A stretch of DNA of 63,600 nucleotides, the filler included, from Rhabdomonas costata (lineage: Eukaryota): assembly GCA_019059605.1 (NCBI GenBank). It is 35 parts of 35 records of this genome, joined end to end, with 100 filler letters (N's around TTAATTAATTAA, not from the genome) between each part and the next. Parts side by side here need not be neighbours in the genome. Positions count along the whole stretch, not along the records: positions 23,691 to 25,411 come from JAHMHO010010114.1; positions 25,512 to 27,229 come from JAHMHO010010115.1; positions 27,330 to 29,047 come from JAHMHO010010116.1; positions 29,148 to 30,866 come from JAHMHO010010117.1; positions 30,967 to 32,684 come from JAHMHO010010118.1; positions 32,785 to 34,502 come from JAHMHO010010119.1; positions 34,603 to 36,320 come from JAHMHO010010120.1; positions 36,421 to 38,138 come from JAHMHO010010121.1; 27 more parts are not named here. One strand, given 5' to 3'. Below the pieces are notes generated by a model. That model searched no databases. It saw only the letters and a program-made list of their open reading frames with translations, and was not told the DNA's origin. Position numbers and translations under genes: made by a program. Positions within the stretch are counted from its first letter, which is position 1; each line of letters opens with the position of its first letter. Below, in pieces: positions 25,173-38,500 of this stretch.

Positions 25173-28007
25173 GTATGTTTCCCTTTGGATAAGCCCGCTT
25201 TTTGCGTCACTTGTTATGGCATTCGGTGTCTAGGTCTCTCGCTACCAATCGCCTCCCTTCGGGCTTTGGGTTGCAGGTTGCCTCCTACCCCCTGTTTGGC
25301 CACCTTCCCCATGGTTTCGTTTCGAAACAATGGACTTTGGGGGGGGGGGGGTAACGGTTACCACGGTGATGGTTAGCAACTGTGACCACTCCCCCCACCC
25401 CCACCCCAACCNNNNNNNNNNNNNNNNNNNNNNNNNNNNNNNNNNNNNNNNNNNNTTAATTAATTAANNNNNNNNNNNNNNNNNNNNNNNNNNNNNNNNN
25501 NNNNNNNNNNNTGTTTTTTTGCATGCGCATCTGTCAGAATTGCAGAAGAAAAACTAGCTCCAAAAGATCCGATAGATGCGCATGCAAAAAATCACAGAAT
25601 CGGACCTTGACGTGCACTGTGTGTGTGACAAATATGGAGGGAGGGGCGACGCAAAACACATCTGCATAGCGAAAACAGTTCCGCTTAGAAGGGGAGCAAC
25701 TAAGCTCTCAACTAGGCTCAACTAGGCTCACCCACTCTTCCCCTCCCCCCTTAGGTATGGACCATAACAAGTTCATCTCGAGACACAGAAGTTCACAGGC
25801 CCCACCCTCGCGCACCTCGGGAGACGGCTCCTCCGCTGTCGAGCCGCCAGATGTTTTTTCCATTTGTGGAAATGCACAGCGCAAAAGAAACACTGCCAAA
25901 GTGTGCGCCGTTGCAGTCCCGTATCTTGTGGTGCGAGAACAATAGAACAGCAGGAACTAACAGTGGATATGGCTCTCTGGAGTTCACTTCCCAAATTCAT
26001 ATGTGAACAGAGTACTGAAAGGGAAACGTGAGCGAGGGGACATCGGATATAAAACCCAACGAAAGAATGGAATCCATATAAACTGTGGTCCATGAGGCCC
26101 ACAGTGAATTCACCACAGTGGCGCTGCGAATGGACGGGGGGACAAACACTGGACATTGGAACGCTAAGAAAGCGTCGCACCCCAAAAGCTCATGCCCACA
26201 TGCCCACAGTGGACAAATTACAATTTTCGGTGATACCAAAACGCCCATGCAAACCATAAACGAGCACATGTGCATTTTAGAAAGCGGCACAAACACCGCT
26301 TGACTTTCTTTTTAAATCATCACACAAAACTGACAGCTTGACAGGGAAAAAGTGCGAAAAGGTGTGAAAAAGGTGCTCTTGGGCTATTGAGATGTAGAAA
26401 TTAGCCAAACGTTTGCGGTTTACGTTGAGTCAGTTTCCGAGAGAAACACCTGAGTCGAAAGGGAAATGATCCTTGTGGATCTGCGAAGAAACCCTCTGCT
26501 TGAAACAAATACTCATAAATTTCGGAGACTGCCACAAAGCTTTGCACCACCTCCGGGATGGGAAGCATTAGCCTTCGCGTACCAGGGAGTCCCGTAAGAG
26601 TCACCTGAAGTAATAGCTCACGTGATGCACCTTCTGTGACCTGTGGTTTTTAGAGTAGCAATGCATTCAGCATCGCCAAAAAAAATCCAGCGCTCAACCC
26701 GCTCAACCTAAAAACCGTGTGCTCAATCAACTAGCCGAGCTTTGTGGACTGCTGATTTGGGAAAGCACGGGCTCCACTTCGCGGAGAGTGCTCTGAAGGG
26801 AGGCCAGAAAGCCTGCTGTTGGATGACCCCGCAGACCCTCCCGATCGCTGCGCCATCTCTGTGCAGAGAAGGTATCCGTGAAAAATGATGTTTGCAGCCA
26901 TACCCCCCCCCCAAGTCTTAACAGAGCAACCAAAACGGAGAGGCGAACACCGCCGTCAGGCGACATTGATGGGAAAAACCATTACCAAAAATTTAATAAC
27001 TTGAAAGTTGGCAAATAACCAACAAAGTACAGGAGGCTCGTGCACAGTTGGCAGTATGGGTGAGCAAAAGTACACCATCAAATTTGCATAATAACACACA
27101 CCTCGAGATCAGGATTTGGCTCGCGCTTTGGAGAAAGGTAGCCAAATCCTGATCTCGAGGTGCGTGTTATTATGCAAATTTGATGGTGTACTTTTGCTCA
27201 CCCATACTGCCAACTGTGCACAAACCACCNNNNNNNNNNNNNNNNNNNNNNNNNNNNNNNNNNNNNNNNNNNNTTAATTAATTAANNNNNNNNNNNNNNN
27301 NNNNNNNNNNNNNNNNNNNNNNNNNNNNNGGGTTTGGGTGGGGCCGCGGGGCTGCTCGAGGAGGGAACCACCGACCTGGGCTCGCTCCCACCACACACAC
27401 ATACACCTTCTTGCGGTGCAGCAGCAGAGAGCCCAGGTCGGTGTATGTGTGTGTGGTGGGAGCGCGTGGGCTGCTTCTTTCCTGGCTGTGGGTGACCACT
27501 ACCCACTGATGGGCGCACGCTAAGTTGGCCTCGGGCCTCGCGAGAGGCACCTTCGGAGCGAGCGACACCCGTGGGGTACCGTCTCAGCGCAGAGCGTTTG
27601 GCAAACGGTTACCTTAAATTCTGTCGCATTCTGGTCGGATTACTTTCGCGCAACTAGCTTTTTGCAACGGTTGTGCACACTGCTCCATTGCTGCGAGACT
27701 CCGTCCTTCAATGAAGGTTGGGTTGCTACGGCCTTCTCTTCATCTTTGAGCTTTTCAGCAGCGGTGTCTGCAGGCTTGCGTGGTGTGCACGGGGGCAGAA
27801 CGGGTCGGGTGGGAAGGACCAACCGTAAGTGGCAAGCAGCGAGGCAGACCCCTGTCCCCTTGAAGATCTGAAATTGAGATGGCAGGGCATTTTTGAAATC
27901 TCTGTATTGTATCTGTGTAAGCGTGAAAACAATGTGAATGGAACGGAGTGGTCGCACCCTGTCTGTGGCGGACTGGTGTCCCTGTCTCCATGCTCATGCC
28001 ATCTTAG

Positions 28008-28760
28008 GGGCCCGTGACGTATGCGCACCTGGTGTGGCCGTCGCGGGACCGCGATCGGGCCCATCCCCTGTGCGACACGGGGTCCTCCACGGCAGTTTGC
28101 GGGGCCGCGGTGGGCGGCGGAGAGGGCTCTGCCCGCACTAGCGGCGTGGAGCCGATCTCTCCGGTCACAGAACACACCGAGAACCTTCGCACTTCGCAGT
28201 TCCCCGGTTCGTTTATGTGTTTCGAAATGTAGTATGTGTGTCTCTGTTTGTGCAGAGGGGTGCAGTGAAGGGTTAGCGTACGCATATCAACACATTGCTC
28301 GAGGAATGTTTTGGATTGGGTCGGATTTATCAAGGTTGGGTTCAACCGTGTGTGTTTCTGAAGCAAACTTCGCCTGTCTGTCCCTAGCAGCTGGAATATC
28401 GAAAAGTACTCCGATGTAATTCATGTCCTTCGCGCGGGCCATGTTAATGATAAGTGCCTGTCAACTGCATCGGGGGACCTGAACCGGGCCCTGTGGCATT
28501 GGGCATGTTGTATGGTGGTTTTCTGCTGGAATTGTTGAAACCAAGTGACTAGGGCAGGGATGAAGAGGGTCTGAGGATGGCTCAATGAGATGAAGAGGTT
28601 CTCCTCCCTCCTCAGCAGTCTTCCATCTACCACCCCGCCGATCCCTCTCTTTCTCGTGCACGCGCGTATCGCTCCATCAGAGGAGGAGCAGCTGCACGAG
28701 GAGTACGACCCCTTCTTTCTGGATAACCCTGATCGTAAGTCAGAGAAGCGCCGGAAGCTG
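28008..28760 (+). CDS. CABLES-like cyclin protein, partial; exon starting at 28008 and exon 28681-28760
   Basis: VTYAHLV and EYDPFFLDNPDRKSEKRRKL resemble the SY..LL and YDP..LDDP....GKH..V motifs of CABLES-type proteins. The junction between the two exons is unresolved. Confidence 0.55.
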
Positions 28761-29147
28761 GTTCTGCACACCCACCCGCCGCTCAGCGCATTACTTTTCT
28801 GTGTCCTTGCAGAGGCTGTTTTGAGAACCGAGCTAAGTTAGCTTAGCCATTTTCCTCCCGTCCACCTCCTTGCCTTGTAGGGCGAAATTAAAACACACCA
28901 AAACGTAGCTTGTTGTGTTGGGCTCGCAAGATGGAAGAAGCTCCGCTGGGAACACGCGTCGAAAAAGATGTACCACCACCCATCACCTGATTGCCCAATC
29001 GTTCCCGTGCCAGTCTCATGCAAGCGCTGCAGCGATGCAATCTGCTTNNNNNNNNNNNNNNNNNNNNNNNNNNNNNNNNNNNNNNNNNNNNTTAATTAAT
29101 TAANNNNNNNNNNNNNNNNNNNNNNNNNNNNNNNNNNNNNNNNNNNN

Positions 29148-29945
29148 ACAAGGCTGCGTCTTTGACGGCCACGCCCAGCTGATGAGGCAAAAGCAACCGG
29201 AGGGCGTCGGAAACCGATTTCTGAAGAACGGCAAGTTCAACCAAACGGCAAATAGCCCACGGCGACGGGCCGGACACCGGTCGGGTCATCGGGCTTCTTG
29301 AGCGGTACCAGGTTTCCAGATGTGTGGAAGGGCCAGCTCAGCCGACAGAGTGCCCGCCGCTGCAAGATTGACAAACACACGCACGGCGCGCAGCAGTCGT
29401 GCTTCTTCGTCGGGTGCCCCACAGAAGCACGCTTCTTTGAGGTGGGAGGGAGTCAGCTGAGAAGGACCTCCAGCACTCGCTTCGGGAAGATCCTTAACCA
29501 GTTTGAGAAGCGTCGATTCATCATCTTCGGTGAGCTGCACCCAGGCGCTGGGGTCGGACGCAGGCGACTGGAGAGGCATGTCACCGCTAGGCTGTAGGTC
29601 CCGTAGCTTTTGCAGCACCTCTGACGTCAAGTCGTGGACTCCCGCCGAAGCGAGCTCTCTCGCGGCTTTGGAGCAACCCCGGTTTGCCAAAGTAGGCAGG
29701 ACTGCCTGGCGGTGGTGGGTCGGTGGATCATTCCACGGATTCTACTGCCAGTTTGCGGCTCTGGCGTTCTGTCAGGGCGGCCGCGTCCGCTTTGGCTTCA
29801 ATCCACAAGGACTCCCAGTCGCCATCGGCCCATCTCGGTAGTCGAGAGAGGATGACGTTGAACTTCCGTTTTCGCCCTCGCTCACCACCACGGCCGTTGT
29901 CGCGCAATATTGCTTTGGCCAAGAGGAACAATTTACCCAGTGTTG
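29148..29945 (-). mobile_element. Decayed non-LTR retrotransposon (CRE/SLACS-like clade), N-terminal RT region with stop and frameshifts
   Basis: Pieces in shifting frames: LFLLAKAILRDNGRGG..RW..GDWESLW; SKAARELAS.G; SAGGPSQLTPSHLKE; LVPLKKPDDPTGVRPVAVG; RLV...LLPHQLGVAV. No introns. Confidence 0.82.
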
Positions 29946-32796
29946 TACGCCTGGGTTGCGGGCATCAGAGAACAACCATCTCTCCTTGAGAAATTTGCCT
30001 TGGTCACGACACCCTCCCGTCTTCGCACCCGCGGAGGGACCCAAGACACCACCGACCGGCACATGGTGGGCAAACGTAACCATTTCTAAAAATTTCTCAA
30101 GCGTAGCGAACAAATGCTTTCTCTGTGCACTGTTTTGTACCCAGAGTGGGCATTTCAACAAAACTTGTTTGATTTTTTACTCTCCACAGGAGAAGGGGAA
30201 AATGGTCTGAGGTGGAAAAAACCCCTTGGCAAAACCCCCGTCGTTGTTCCTATATAAAACTCCTTCCAATCTTCAAATAAAACACCTTCAAACCTTATTT
30301 TTGACATGCATCAACTGAAGAGGAAGAGCGTTTTTTTTTTGTAGTGAGCGTGCAAACTTCGCAGATTCCGGTGTCCTAATTTTAGTTTTTTTTCCACATC
30401 ACGTCACCGAAGAAGACAAGGGTCAGCACCGTGCGGGCTTCGGCAAAGCAAGCGAGGTGAGAAGAAGAAAAAGAGAACACCGGGAGATAAATTTTAAGAA
30501 TTTGCACTCGAGACATTCTTTTCCTTGGGAAACTTTCACTTTCTCCACGCAAGCAAGAGAGCAGCACAAACGCACGTCCACAGAAGGGAAACAGGAAACA
30601 GAATTCGTTTCGGACGTGAGTGGGGAGTCCCCCAAGCCCGAGACCCCCACATCGCAGGACTCCCACTCCAGCCGCACAACAATCCCAGCTGCTTCGCGCA
30701 GAACGGCACCTACTAACGATCGCGCTCTGGCAAGGTGCACGACACCACCTTAACCCTAAGCCTCCCCCCTACCCGTGCCGCCGCTGTCACCGGCTAGAAA
30801 AACGGGCCCTCGAGTCTCCCGGGGAGCACCGCACTTTCCTTTCGGCGGCCACATTTTCCCCACAACNNNNNNNNNNNNNNNNNNNNNNNNNNNNNNNNNN
30901 NNNNNNNNNNTTAATTAATTAANNNNNNNNNNNNNNNNNNNNNNNNNNNNNNNNNNNNNNNNNNNNGTGTGGTGTTTTAGGTTGCCTCCGAGTTAGTGCA
31001 AATCACTGCCACAGCACCAGAGGACAAGGGAATTGATGGTCACAAGAAGTCACTGTCGTCAGATTGGGTGGAATTCGTTCCCATGCCCCATATGTGAATA
31101 CTGCTATCTTTCCCATGTTCGCCTCTGTGTTTGCAATTTGTATCAACCGGATGCGTGTCAAAAGATACCCCTTTATTCTGTGAGGCACTGTTTGAGAAAG
31201 ATGCCCTCGTGAGACTTAGGGACTTCCTGCTTTTTCTTTGTGTTCATTGCTTTTTACTTACAGCTATGCCCAAGGCTTGGATTGCTTTCATCCTAACCCC
31301 GCATTTTAGTTTTGACCACCAGCGATCAGACCAGGTAAACTGCATTCCCCGCTGGGTGTGTGCGCGCTTGTGTGTGTCGCCGAGCAGTTTTCGGCATGGG
31401 TTTTTCCTCCACTTGACATGGAAGCGGCTTGGAAATCCCCACACCCTCTCCATTTCCGTTCCCTTCCCCCTCCCCTCCCTGAGAACCTTTCGCCGCAGGT
31501 TCGGTCGCATGTTTCTTGGGATGGGTTGGCCTTCATTCTCTTGGAGGTTGGAGGCTGCTCTTCTCCCCGAATTGGTGGAGACGAGCGTCAGTGAAAACTT
31601 TACTTGCTTTTCTATGCTTTCTTGCTTTCCTTTCGGGGCGTTTTTCGTCACCCAGCACCCTCGCTTTGGATCGCCGATCCTCCCCTCCCTTCACCCCCCT
31701 CTTGGCACGGGTGCATCACATTTCCATGGCACTGTTTTGTTCATTGCTGTACCTACTGCGTTTCCGCCTACCTCCGTATATTCCTTTTTGGCGGACACAA
31801 ATCACTCTGAGGATTGGAGACCATCTGGTGGCTCTCTCCGTCCGGGCATTGATACTCTTCTTCCTTGCGAGTTCCTTGCGAGGTGGTTGACATAGATCTG
31901 TCACCGTATGGGCCCTGGGGCCAGGTACTGAGGCTCTGTGCCCTACTGCGTTTCTGCTTGAATGGCTTTCACCGTGTTTTATTTCACCACATTCACCACG
32001 TTTCCCTGGTTCGACTATTTGGTGCTCTGTTTCTGGGCTTTTCCTGAATTGGTTCGATGCCGCGGGAAGAAATGGGACGTCTTGCTGGAAGTACAGTGCA
32101 AGTGAACAATTAGTTTGAGATTAAAGCAGATTACATCGTATAGTAAGAACTTATGGGTAGAGGGTAGGACAAATCATCCAAGAGGCCGAAAGTCTCCGTG
32201 AAAAACTTGTCCACCCTTTTAGCGGGAATGGCGAGTGAGTTGGGAGTGGAATTCTGGTTTTTTTTGGTGTCACAACGGACGGGCGCAGTCTGCATTCCGT
32301 CTGGCCACGATTTAAGAAACCTAAGTGATTGTCTTTGCCCACAAATCAACGCTTGATAAATGCTTGGGTTTATTTTACGGCTTCCCAATTGTTTAGGAAC
32401 ACAAAACCTTTAGAACGCATCTGGTTGTGGTACGATTGTGACAACCCAAAGAAGTGACACAACCACGACCATGAACCCCACCACCAACACCCCACAAGTT
32501 CCAACCACACACCAAGGTGAAGGACACAACAAGCACCAAGCACGCCAACACTAACAGCCCCAACAGTGACACCAACGCCATGATCAACAACCAACAACTC
32601 AACATCTAAGTCCAACCACCCTAACGATTGTGAAGTGGCACTGGGGTGCAACTGTTCCTTTAAAAGCCTGGTTTCTGCCCTTAANNNNNNNNNNNNNNNN
32701 NNNNNNNNNNNNNNNNNNNNNNNNNNNNTTAATTAATTAANNNNNNNNNNNNNNNNNNNNNNNNNNNNNNNNNNNNNNNNNNNNGTTGGTGGTGAA

Positions 32797-33793
32797 TTGA
32801 ACGCCGTTTGCGGAAAGGTGGAGTCAGCCCTGGAGAAGTTTCAGTGCATAGGTGACACCCAGGCTGCTTCTCACATTCTTGGTACCCGCTCGGTTCCATC
32901 TTTCGACAGCCGGGCGAGGGACCCATCAAATCCCGTCACGGTGCCACCTTCGAGATAGCCCAAGGCCATCGAGGCCAGAAGCTGAACCGTAACATCGAAG
33001 CAAAGACCCCATAGAATTTGTTTTGGGGCAAAATGTATGGGCAATAACTGGCAACTGCAAATGAAGTGGGAGTCCCCCTCCTGTTGATGAGAGACGGGCA
33101 GACACGAAAGGTTTACAAGGAACTTGCCTCCCTAAGTCTCTCAATAAGAATTGGCTGCATATCACGTGCTTCTCTTCCAGGGACCCTGTACAGTTCTGAG
33201 CTGACTCAATCCCGTGAAAAGAGCGACCTGTCCCTGTCCCAGGTCATTCGCGCAGCGCCCTCCGCTGGGGTCTCGCAGCAGCCCCGATACATGAGCCTTT
33301 TGGCCGCTGTAAGTCTGCTTCCGTCTGTGCGCACCATGGTGACCCAAAACCAGGTGTGTGTGCTTTTCTGAAGGGAGGAGTCAGAGACCATAAGCTGGGG
33401 CTCTTCAGGCTTCTGGACGGCAAGGTGACGTTCTTCCCTGCGGTGACATCTTTGGTCTTGCTGACTGGGACGCAAACGCTTTTCACGCCATCATGTCACG
33501 ATAAATATGAAAATTTTTCAGGTCGTTCGCTGATACTTAGTGCTGTGCGAAAAGCTGGTTCAAGGCCTCTCCTCTGCAATGCACACAGTTCGGAAGTTCT
33601 GGGATAGCACTTAACAAGCCTGCTAATATAAACACTGCTGTTTTCCACCTGCCACGAGATTCACTTGTTTTGTGTGGCAAGAACCTACCCGCCCACCTGC
33701 TTGGTAACTTTGATCGTCCTCAGCGCAACTGCTTTCCTTTGGTGCGTTGTCTTGTTTCCGTTTCCTCCTCGAAAAAACAAAAGTTTCTGGCAG
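32797..33793 (+). CDS. Hypothetical protein, three phase-compatible exons (to 32881, 33181-33353, 33724-33793)
   Basis: AG/GT boundaries with matching phases and an open frame. No family recognised. Confidence 0.4.
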
Positions 33794-33969
33794 GTGTGGG
33801 AGCAACCTTCAACAGCACGACAGTGGGGGACCCGAGGGAAAACCGAAGGATGAGGAGGGAGCCACCCAAAGTCGAAGCAGGGGTGGGGCGGGCGAAACGT
33901 GTAAATGCGCCCTGTTCCGATTTCCTTATTTTAAAAAAGTGTAAATGTAAAACAATAATGGGCTATAAA

Positions 33970-34156
33970 GGCTAAGCCGAAGCAGGCCAGGTTTTTTTTG
34001 TATATACAGCAGTATATACAGCTCTTGGGGTCAGGAGATTACCGACCTTTCACCCTGCAGCCCACAAATAAATGTAAATGAAAAAAATGTGTACATACAA
34101 ACGTGTATATACAAACGTGTATTCACAAAAGACCCCAGGCCTGCTTCGGCTGAGCC
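33970..34156. mobile_element. MITE-like element with imperfect terminal inverted repeats of about 38 bp; related ends at 36990-37041, 39437-39503, 50535-50603
   Basis: Left end GGCTAAGCCGAAGCAGGCCAGGTTTTTTTTGTATATAC versus reverse complement of the right end GGCTCAGCCGAAGCAGGCCTGGGGTCTTTTGTGAATAC. The same motif occurs in three other contigs. Confidence 0.65.
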
Positions 34157-34806
34157 CTCTCTATTGTAAGGTGTTGGACAGTAAAAACAAACAAGTCCAG
34201 TGTTCAAAGGCAGTAAAAACGTGTGAATGCAATTTCTTCTTTTTTTGTACATTTTTGGCCGATCCGGATTTTCTGCTGAAAACTGACATTATGTCCCTCC
34301 AAAGCGTTTCGGATGTCTCTCACAGCCGTTTTACATCTTCACATTGTTAAACAATGCACAAACGCTCCTCTCCCGCCCTCTCCGTGTCTGCCTGATCGAA
34401 ACCCTGTGAGCACTTCGGCTATGCGCCGCACATTCGTGCCTGTGCCTGTGTTTGCTCATTCTTTGTCCCTGAGCAAAACGGAAGTTTTCGGAGAAAACGC
34501 ACNNNNNNNNNNNNNNNNNNNNNNNNNNNNNNNNNNNNNNNNNNNNTTAATTAATTAANNNNNNNNNNNNNNNNNNNNNNNNNNNNNNNNNNNNNNNNNN
34601 NNCAATTAATGGACGACGCTTTGTGGTTTTCGTTGAGTGTTGGGAGGTTCCATTGACATGGTTCTTTTTTTTACCCCTTTGCCACAGCGCTTTGTATTAT
34701 GAAGAATGTTGGGACTGACACTTGCGCAGGTCGTATGAATGATTAGAAGTTGATTTGCTACGTTCCTTTTTGTTTTCTAAGGGGGGGGGTTCCCCTGCAT
34801 CCACAG

Positions 34807-35555
34807 AGTCTTTCAACGTTTCTGGGGAGATGACCGGTCCAGCGGGCACTGCGCTTGCCTCGATGGGCTCCGCCCGGCCCGCGTTGGTGGCGCAGCAACT
34901 GCGCACCCTGCTGGGCGTGGGCGGTTTTGTGCTGTCCCGGCTGCTGGCCCTCGTTGACGCCAGTATGCGCTCGTCCCCTTCCCCCGCCTCCGCGTTGCAC
35001 CCGCAATGCCCTCCTTTCTGATGTGCTTTGTGGGTTGGATTACAATTGCTGTTTCTTGAGTATGGTGAGGTAACAGTGAGCCATGTGCATCGCTCCTGGA
35101 AGCTCCGTCCAGAACAGGATCGAGGGGCCCCACCTGTCCCCACGGTCACATGAGCTGATGTCCACACACCAGTCAGTGTGGAGCCTCTTTGGCTCTCCCA
35201 CAGCTTCCGCAAAGCCCCTTTTCAAGAGCGTTTAAGGGAATGCCTGGCAAAACAAAAAGAGGGAAAGAGGAATTCATTTGGTACATCGGTAGCGCCTAGC
35301 CAAAACCACAGTTTCCACTCATGGACTTGTTTTCGACGACTTTTTGTTTATGGGTTTCGGTTCCTGCACTGCTCAGCCTCTTTGCCCGGCTGGCTGGAGC
35401 TGGGCAGCCTGAGCGAGCCTGCAGCAGAGGTGCAGCGGTCCAGTGGGGAGGTCCTGGAAAGGCTGCAGGAACCCGATCCTATCGCTGACGACGAGGAGCC
35501 CGCGCTGGCCTCCGCAGTGTCGCAGCTGATGGGGCAGCTCAACCACCTCTGGCAG
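34807..35555 (+). CDS. Hypothetical protein, exons 34807-34962 and 35377-35555
   Basis: GC3-rich AG/GT-bounded exons joined in phase 1: ...LVAQQLRTLLGVGGFVLSRLLALVDA / SLPGWLELGSL...VSQLMGQLNHLWQ. Confidence 0.55.
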
Positions 35556-38500
35556 GTTTCACACCTTACGTTCACCCTCTTCGCAACCTCCTCCCTTCAC
35601 TTGCTGGTGCTCACGTTTGCATTGTCTGGTGTTTGTTGTCTGTGTGTCTGTTGACACGCACCGAAGGCGCCGACGGTATCTGATTGAGCCTTCACGACCG
35701 GGTGCCATCTTTTACATACGAGTGACGTACGCCGTACGGAGCAAGCTGGGAGGGGGAGTCTGGGAAGTTGACTGCACGAACAAGGACAACGGGATGCGCA
35801 TGCTCTCTCATGTCGGGAAGCGGGAAATTTCAGCTCTCAGGCTTTTTAACCCGCCGAGGGCCGTTCTAACTCGGTCACCCCGACAGTCGTGTACGAGGTC
35901 AACAAGTCTGTGGTCTCGAATATGTTGGAGGACTGAAGCACAGTGCCTAGATGCATCCATCACGTGGAATTTTACGCACACAACACACACACGCACACAC
36001 ACACACACACTCTCTCTGTCTCTCTGTCTCTCTGTCTCTGTCTCTGTCTCTGTCTGTCTCGTGAAAGCTTTAAAACAGCCAGCCACCAGCCATCGGACTA
36101 AGCCGTCATTGTCATCGCCTTGTTCACGATCGAGCCGAGGGATGTGGGATGGTAGGAAAAAATTATGAGCAGAGACCTCGCTTCGACTGGCCTGTGTATT
36201 ATCACGTTACTCTCCAGCCACCTTTTCCCGTTCCTGGGTGATTTTCGCATAGGGGGAGGCTGGAGAGTAACGTGATAATACACAGGCCAGTCGAAGCGAG
36301 GTCTCTGCTCATAATTTTTTNNNNNNNNNNNNNNNNNNNNNNNNNNNNNNNNNNNNNNNNNNNNTTAATTAATTAANNNNNNNNNNNNNNNNNNNNNNNN
36401 NNNNNNNNNNNNNNNNNNNNCCTGCGAGGACAGGAAATTTCTCACCTGGCAGGCAGCCACTCGGCCTGCAAAGGTGATATACTCTCTTGATCGATGTTTT
36501 TTTTCGCCTCGTTGTATTGTTGCTGTATATCGCGTCTGAGGTTTTAAGGCGTTTCAGCTGTTCTGAGATTTTGTTCCCTTGAGAAATCTGCACTAAGTCT
36601 TCTGGGTCTAGTCTCTTTTGCTCTTGATCGCCATCGAGCAGAAGTGAACACACTTTCGATTCTGCAATGTCCTTCCGATTCACTGTCTCCAATGTTTTGC
36701 AGAGTGTCACTGCACCTGGCAAGTCTTGACGAACGCGAGGGAAGACTTCTGCCTCAGAGCCGTGAAGATCAGGGTACGTCTTTCAAGGCATTGGAGTGGA
36801 AAGGATTTGTCAGAGCATGAAAAAACTCCACTCTCGCTAGTCAGGTCAGCTTGCATGTCAGTTCTGTCTTCATCCATTTGGCTGGGGCCCCTTTCGCGAG
36901 TACAGAGGCAGGTGGTGGGAACCTGCACCAGATAAAAGAAAGAGCCGCCAAGGGGTACCGGTCTGAGTGTGCAAGAACTTGTCTATGCAGCGTTTCGGGA
37001 GGCCCACTGTACACAAAAAAGACCCCGGGCCTTTTTCGGCTTTTCCATGTACAAACATCGTCCATATCCTCCAATCAATACATTGCCTTCATCACACTGT
37101 AATCGTTTTTCGACCGTGTGCCCTAGTATCTGGGGTTCGCGCCACTGCCCATCCTCGCCGCCCCCCCCCCTCCATCGTCCGTTGGCCTGGAGGCTGCAGC
37201 AAGCAAGTAATGCCACATTGGTAATGGAAACCATTCCCTTTCAAGGGAATTGAAGGGTGTCCTTTTGGGAATGTGCGGCTGTCTGTGCTGTTTTCGCAGG
37301 TCTTCACACGCGAGGGTCACAACGCGACCTCTGACACCGTCGCTCAAGCTTCACTTGACTGCTGTCTGATTTCCGCTCGCTGTAAATAGTTGGGGTCGTA
37401 ATTGGGTCTTTTTTCCTGTTACTGAGGCAACACTGATGTAGGATGTGTGAGTGTCGCGTTGGTTTTGCGGTGGTTGTTAATCAAACGTTTCTCATTTGAA
37501 AGTTTGAACCTTTCGACTATTGTCGTCTTTGTTTGTGAGGACCTGCGAAAAGGTGGGAAATTGTGTCTGCTTGAGCTGGCGGGTTAGATTTTTCAGATAC
37601 GCGATAAAATTTGATGATGCAAGAATGGTACGGGGTATAATGTTAGGAGGTTATTCATAAACGTTCACACTTTAACTGTGGAGTCGATTTTTTGAATGAA
37701 CGAGCAAATGTAAAAGTCACAGAAGCACCGCATAGATTGTTCAGGGTCCCGGCAAAAGACAATGCAATAATTTGCAGCGGCTGGGGTGCAGCGCCAAACA
37801 AACACTTTGAAAGGATTGACGTCGTCGCCGGTCTCAGTGTTCGCCCTTTTCGCTGGAGAATGGAAACGGTAGGCAAGGCCAACATATAAATTATGATCGC
37901 AGGTGCTTTGTAGCCTTGATCCTATTTTGGGCCAAACTGTCGTCGGTTTCCATTTCAACGCTTGGGCATTCGCTTTTCACATTGCTAAACCGTCACACCA
38001 GAGAGCAGACAACAATGAGGATTTTCCATAGAAGGGCTGAAACGTTTGCAAATAACTCAGCAATACCAATCGACGAGAACAATGGAATAGAAGAAACAGG
38101 GTGTTAGCAAATACATGAAAAAGCGATGGTCGCCACTCNNNNNNNNNNNNNNNNNNNNNNNNNNNNNNNNNNNNNNNNNNNNTTAATTAATTAANNNNNN
38201 NNNNNNNNNNNNNNNNNNNNNNNNNNNNNNNNNNNNNNTTGTGTGGGGTGAGGCCCGTGGAGGGGGCCATGGCCTGACGAGCACCCCTAGGGGGGCTGCG
38301 GCCGCGCTGTGGAGGCGCAGCCCGGGAGAGGGAACGGCAGAGGGCTGCACGGCTCCCTCAGTTGAGGCGTTCGTCCTGCGAAAGGGAAAGTATATATCGC
38401 CATGGACATTTTATTTCACGACCTCTATACTTTGGCAGTGCCAAAACGCGAACACTTTTTCACTTCATAGCGATTTGGATCCAATTTCGAGTGTCATCCG

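Noticed and set aside
27040-27221. Long terminal hairpins (also 17988-18083, 25514-25590, 36157-36320, 45518-45659, 63534-63599) as ncRNAs, hairpin telomeres or transposon ends
   Set aside because: Each has an unrelated sequence and one arm stops at the contig edge or primer tail, as expected for fold-back chimeras from amplification.
27368-27464. Two interleaved inverted repeats near a contig start
   Set aside because: Built on (CA)n/(GT)n sequence close to the primer tail; most simply a template-switch artefact.
31131-31895. 254-aa plus-strand ORF
   Set aside because: Pyrimidine-rich, A-poor sequence that avoids stops by composition; no codon bias or motif.
32440-32620. C/A-rich stretch as a mucin-like CDS or U-insertion editing template
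   Set aside because: The Thr/Gln-rich plus-strand frame is broken by stops. It lies near a contig end and could be low-complexity DNA or primer concatemer.
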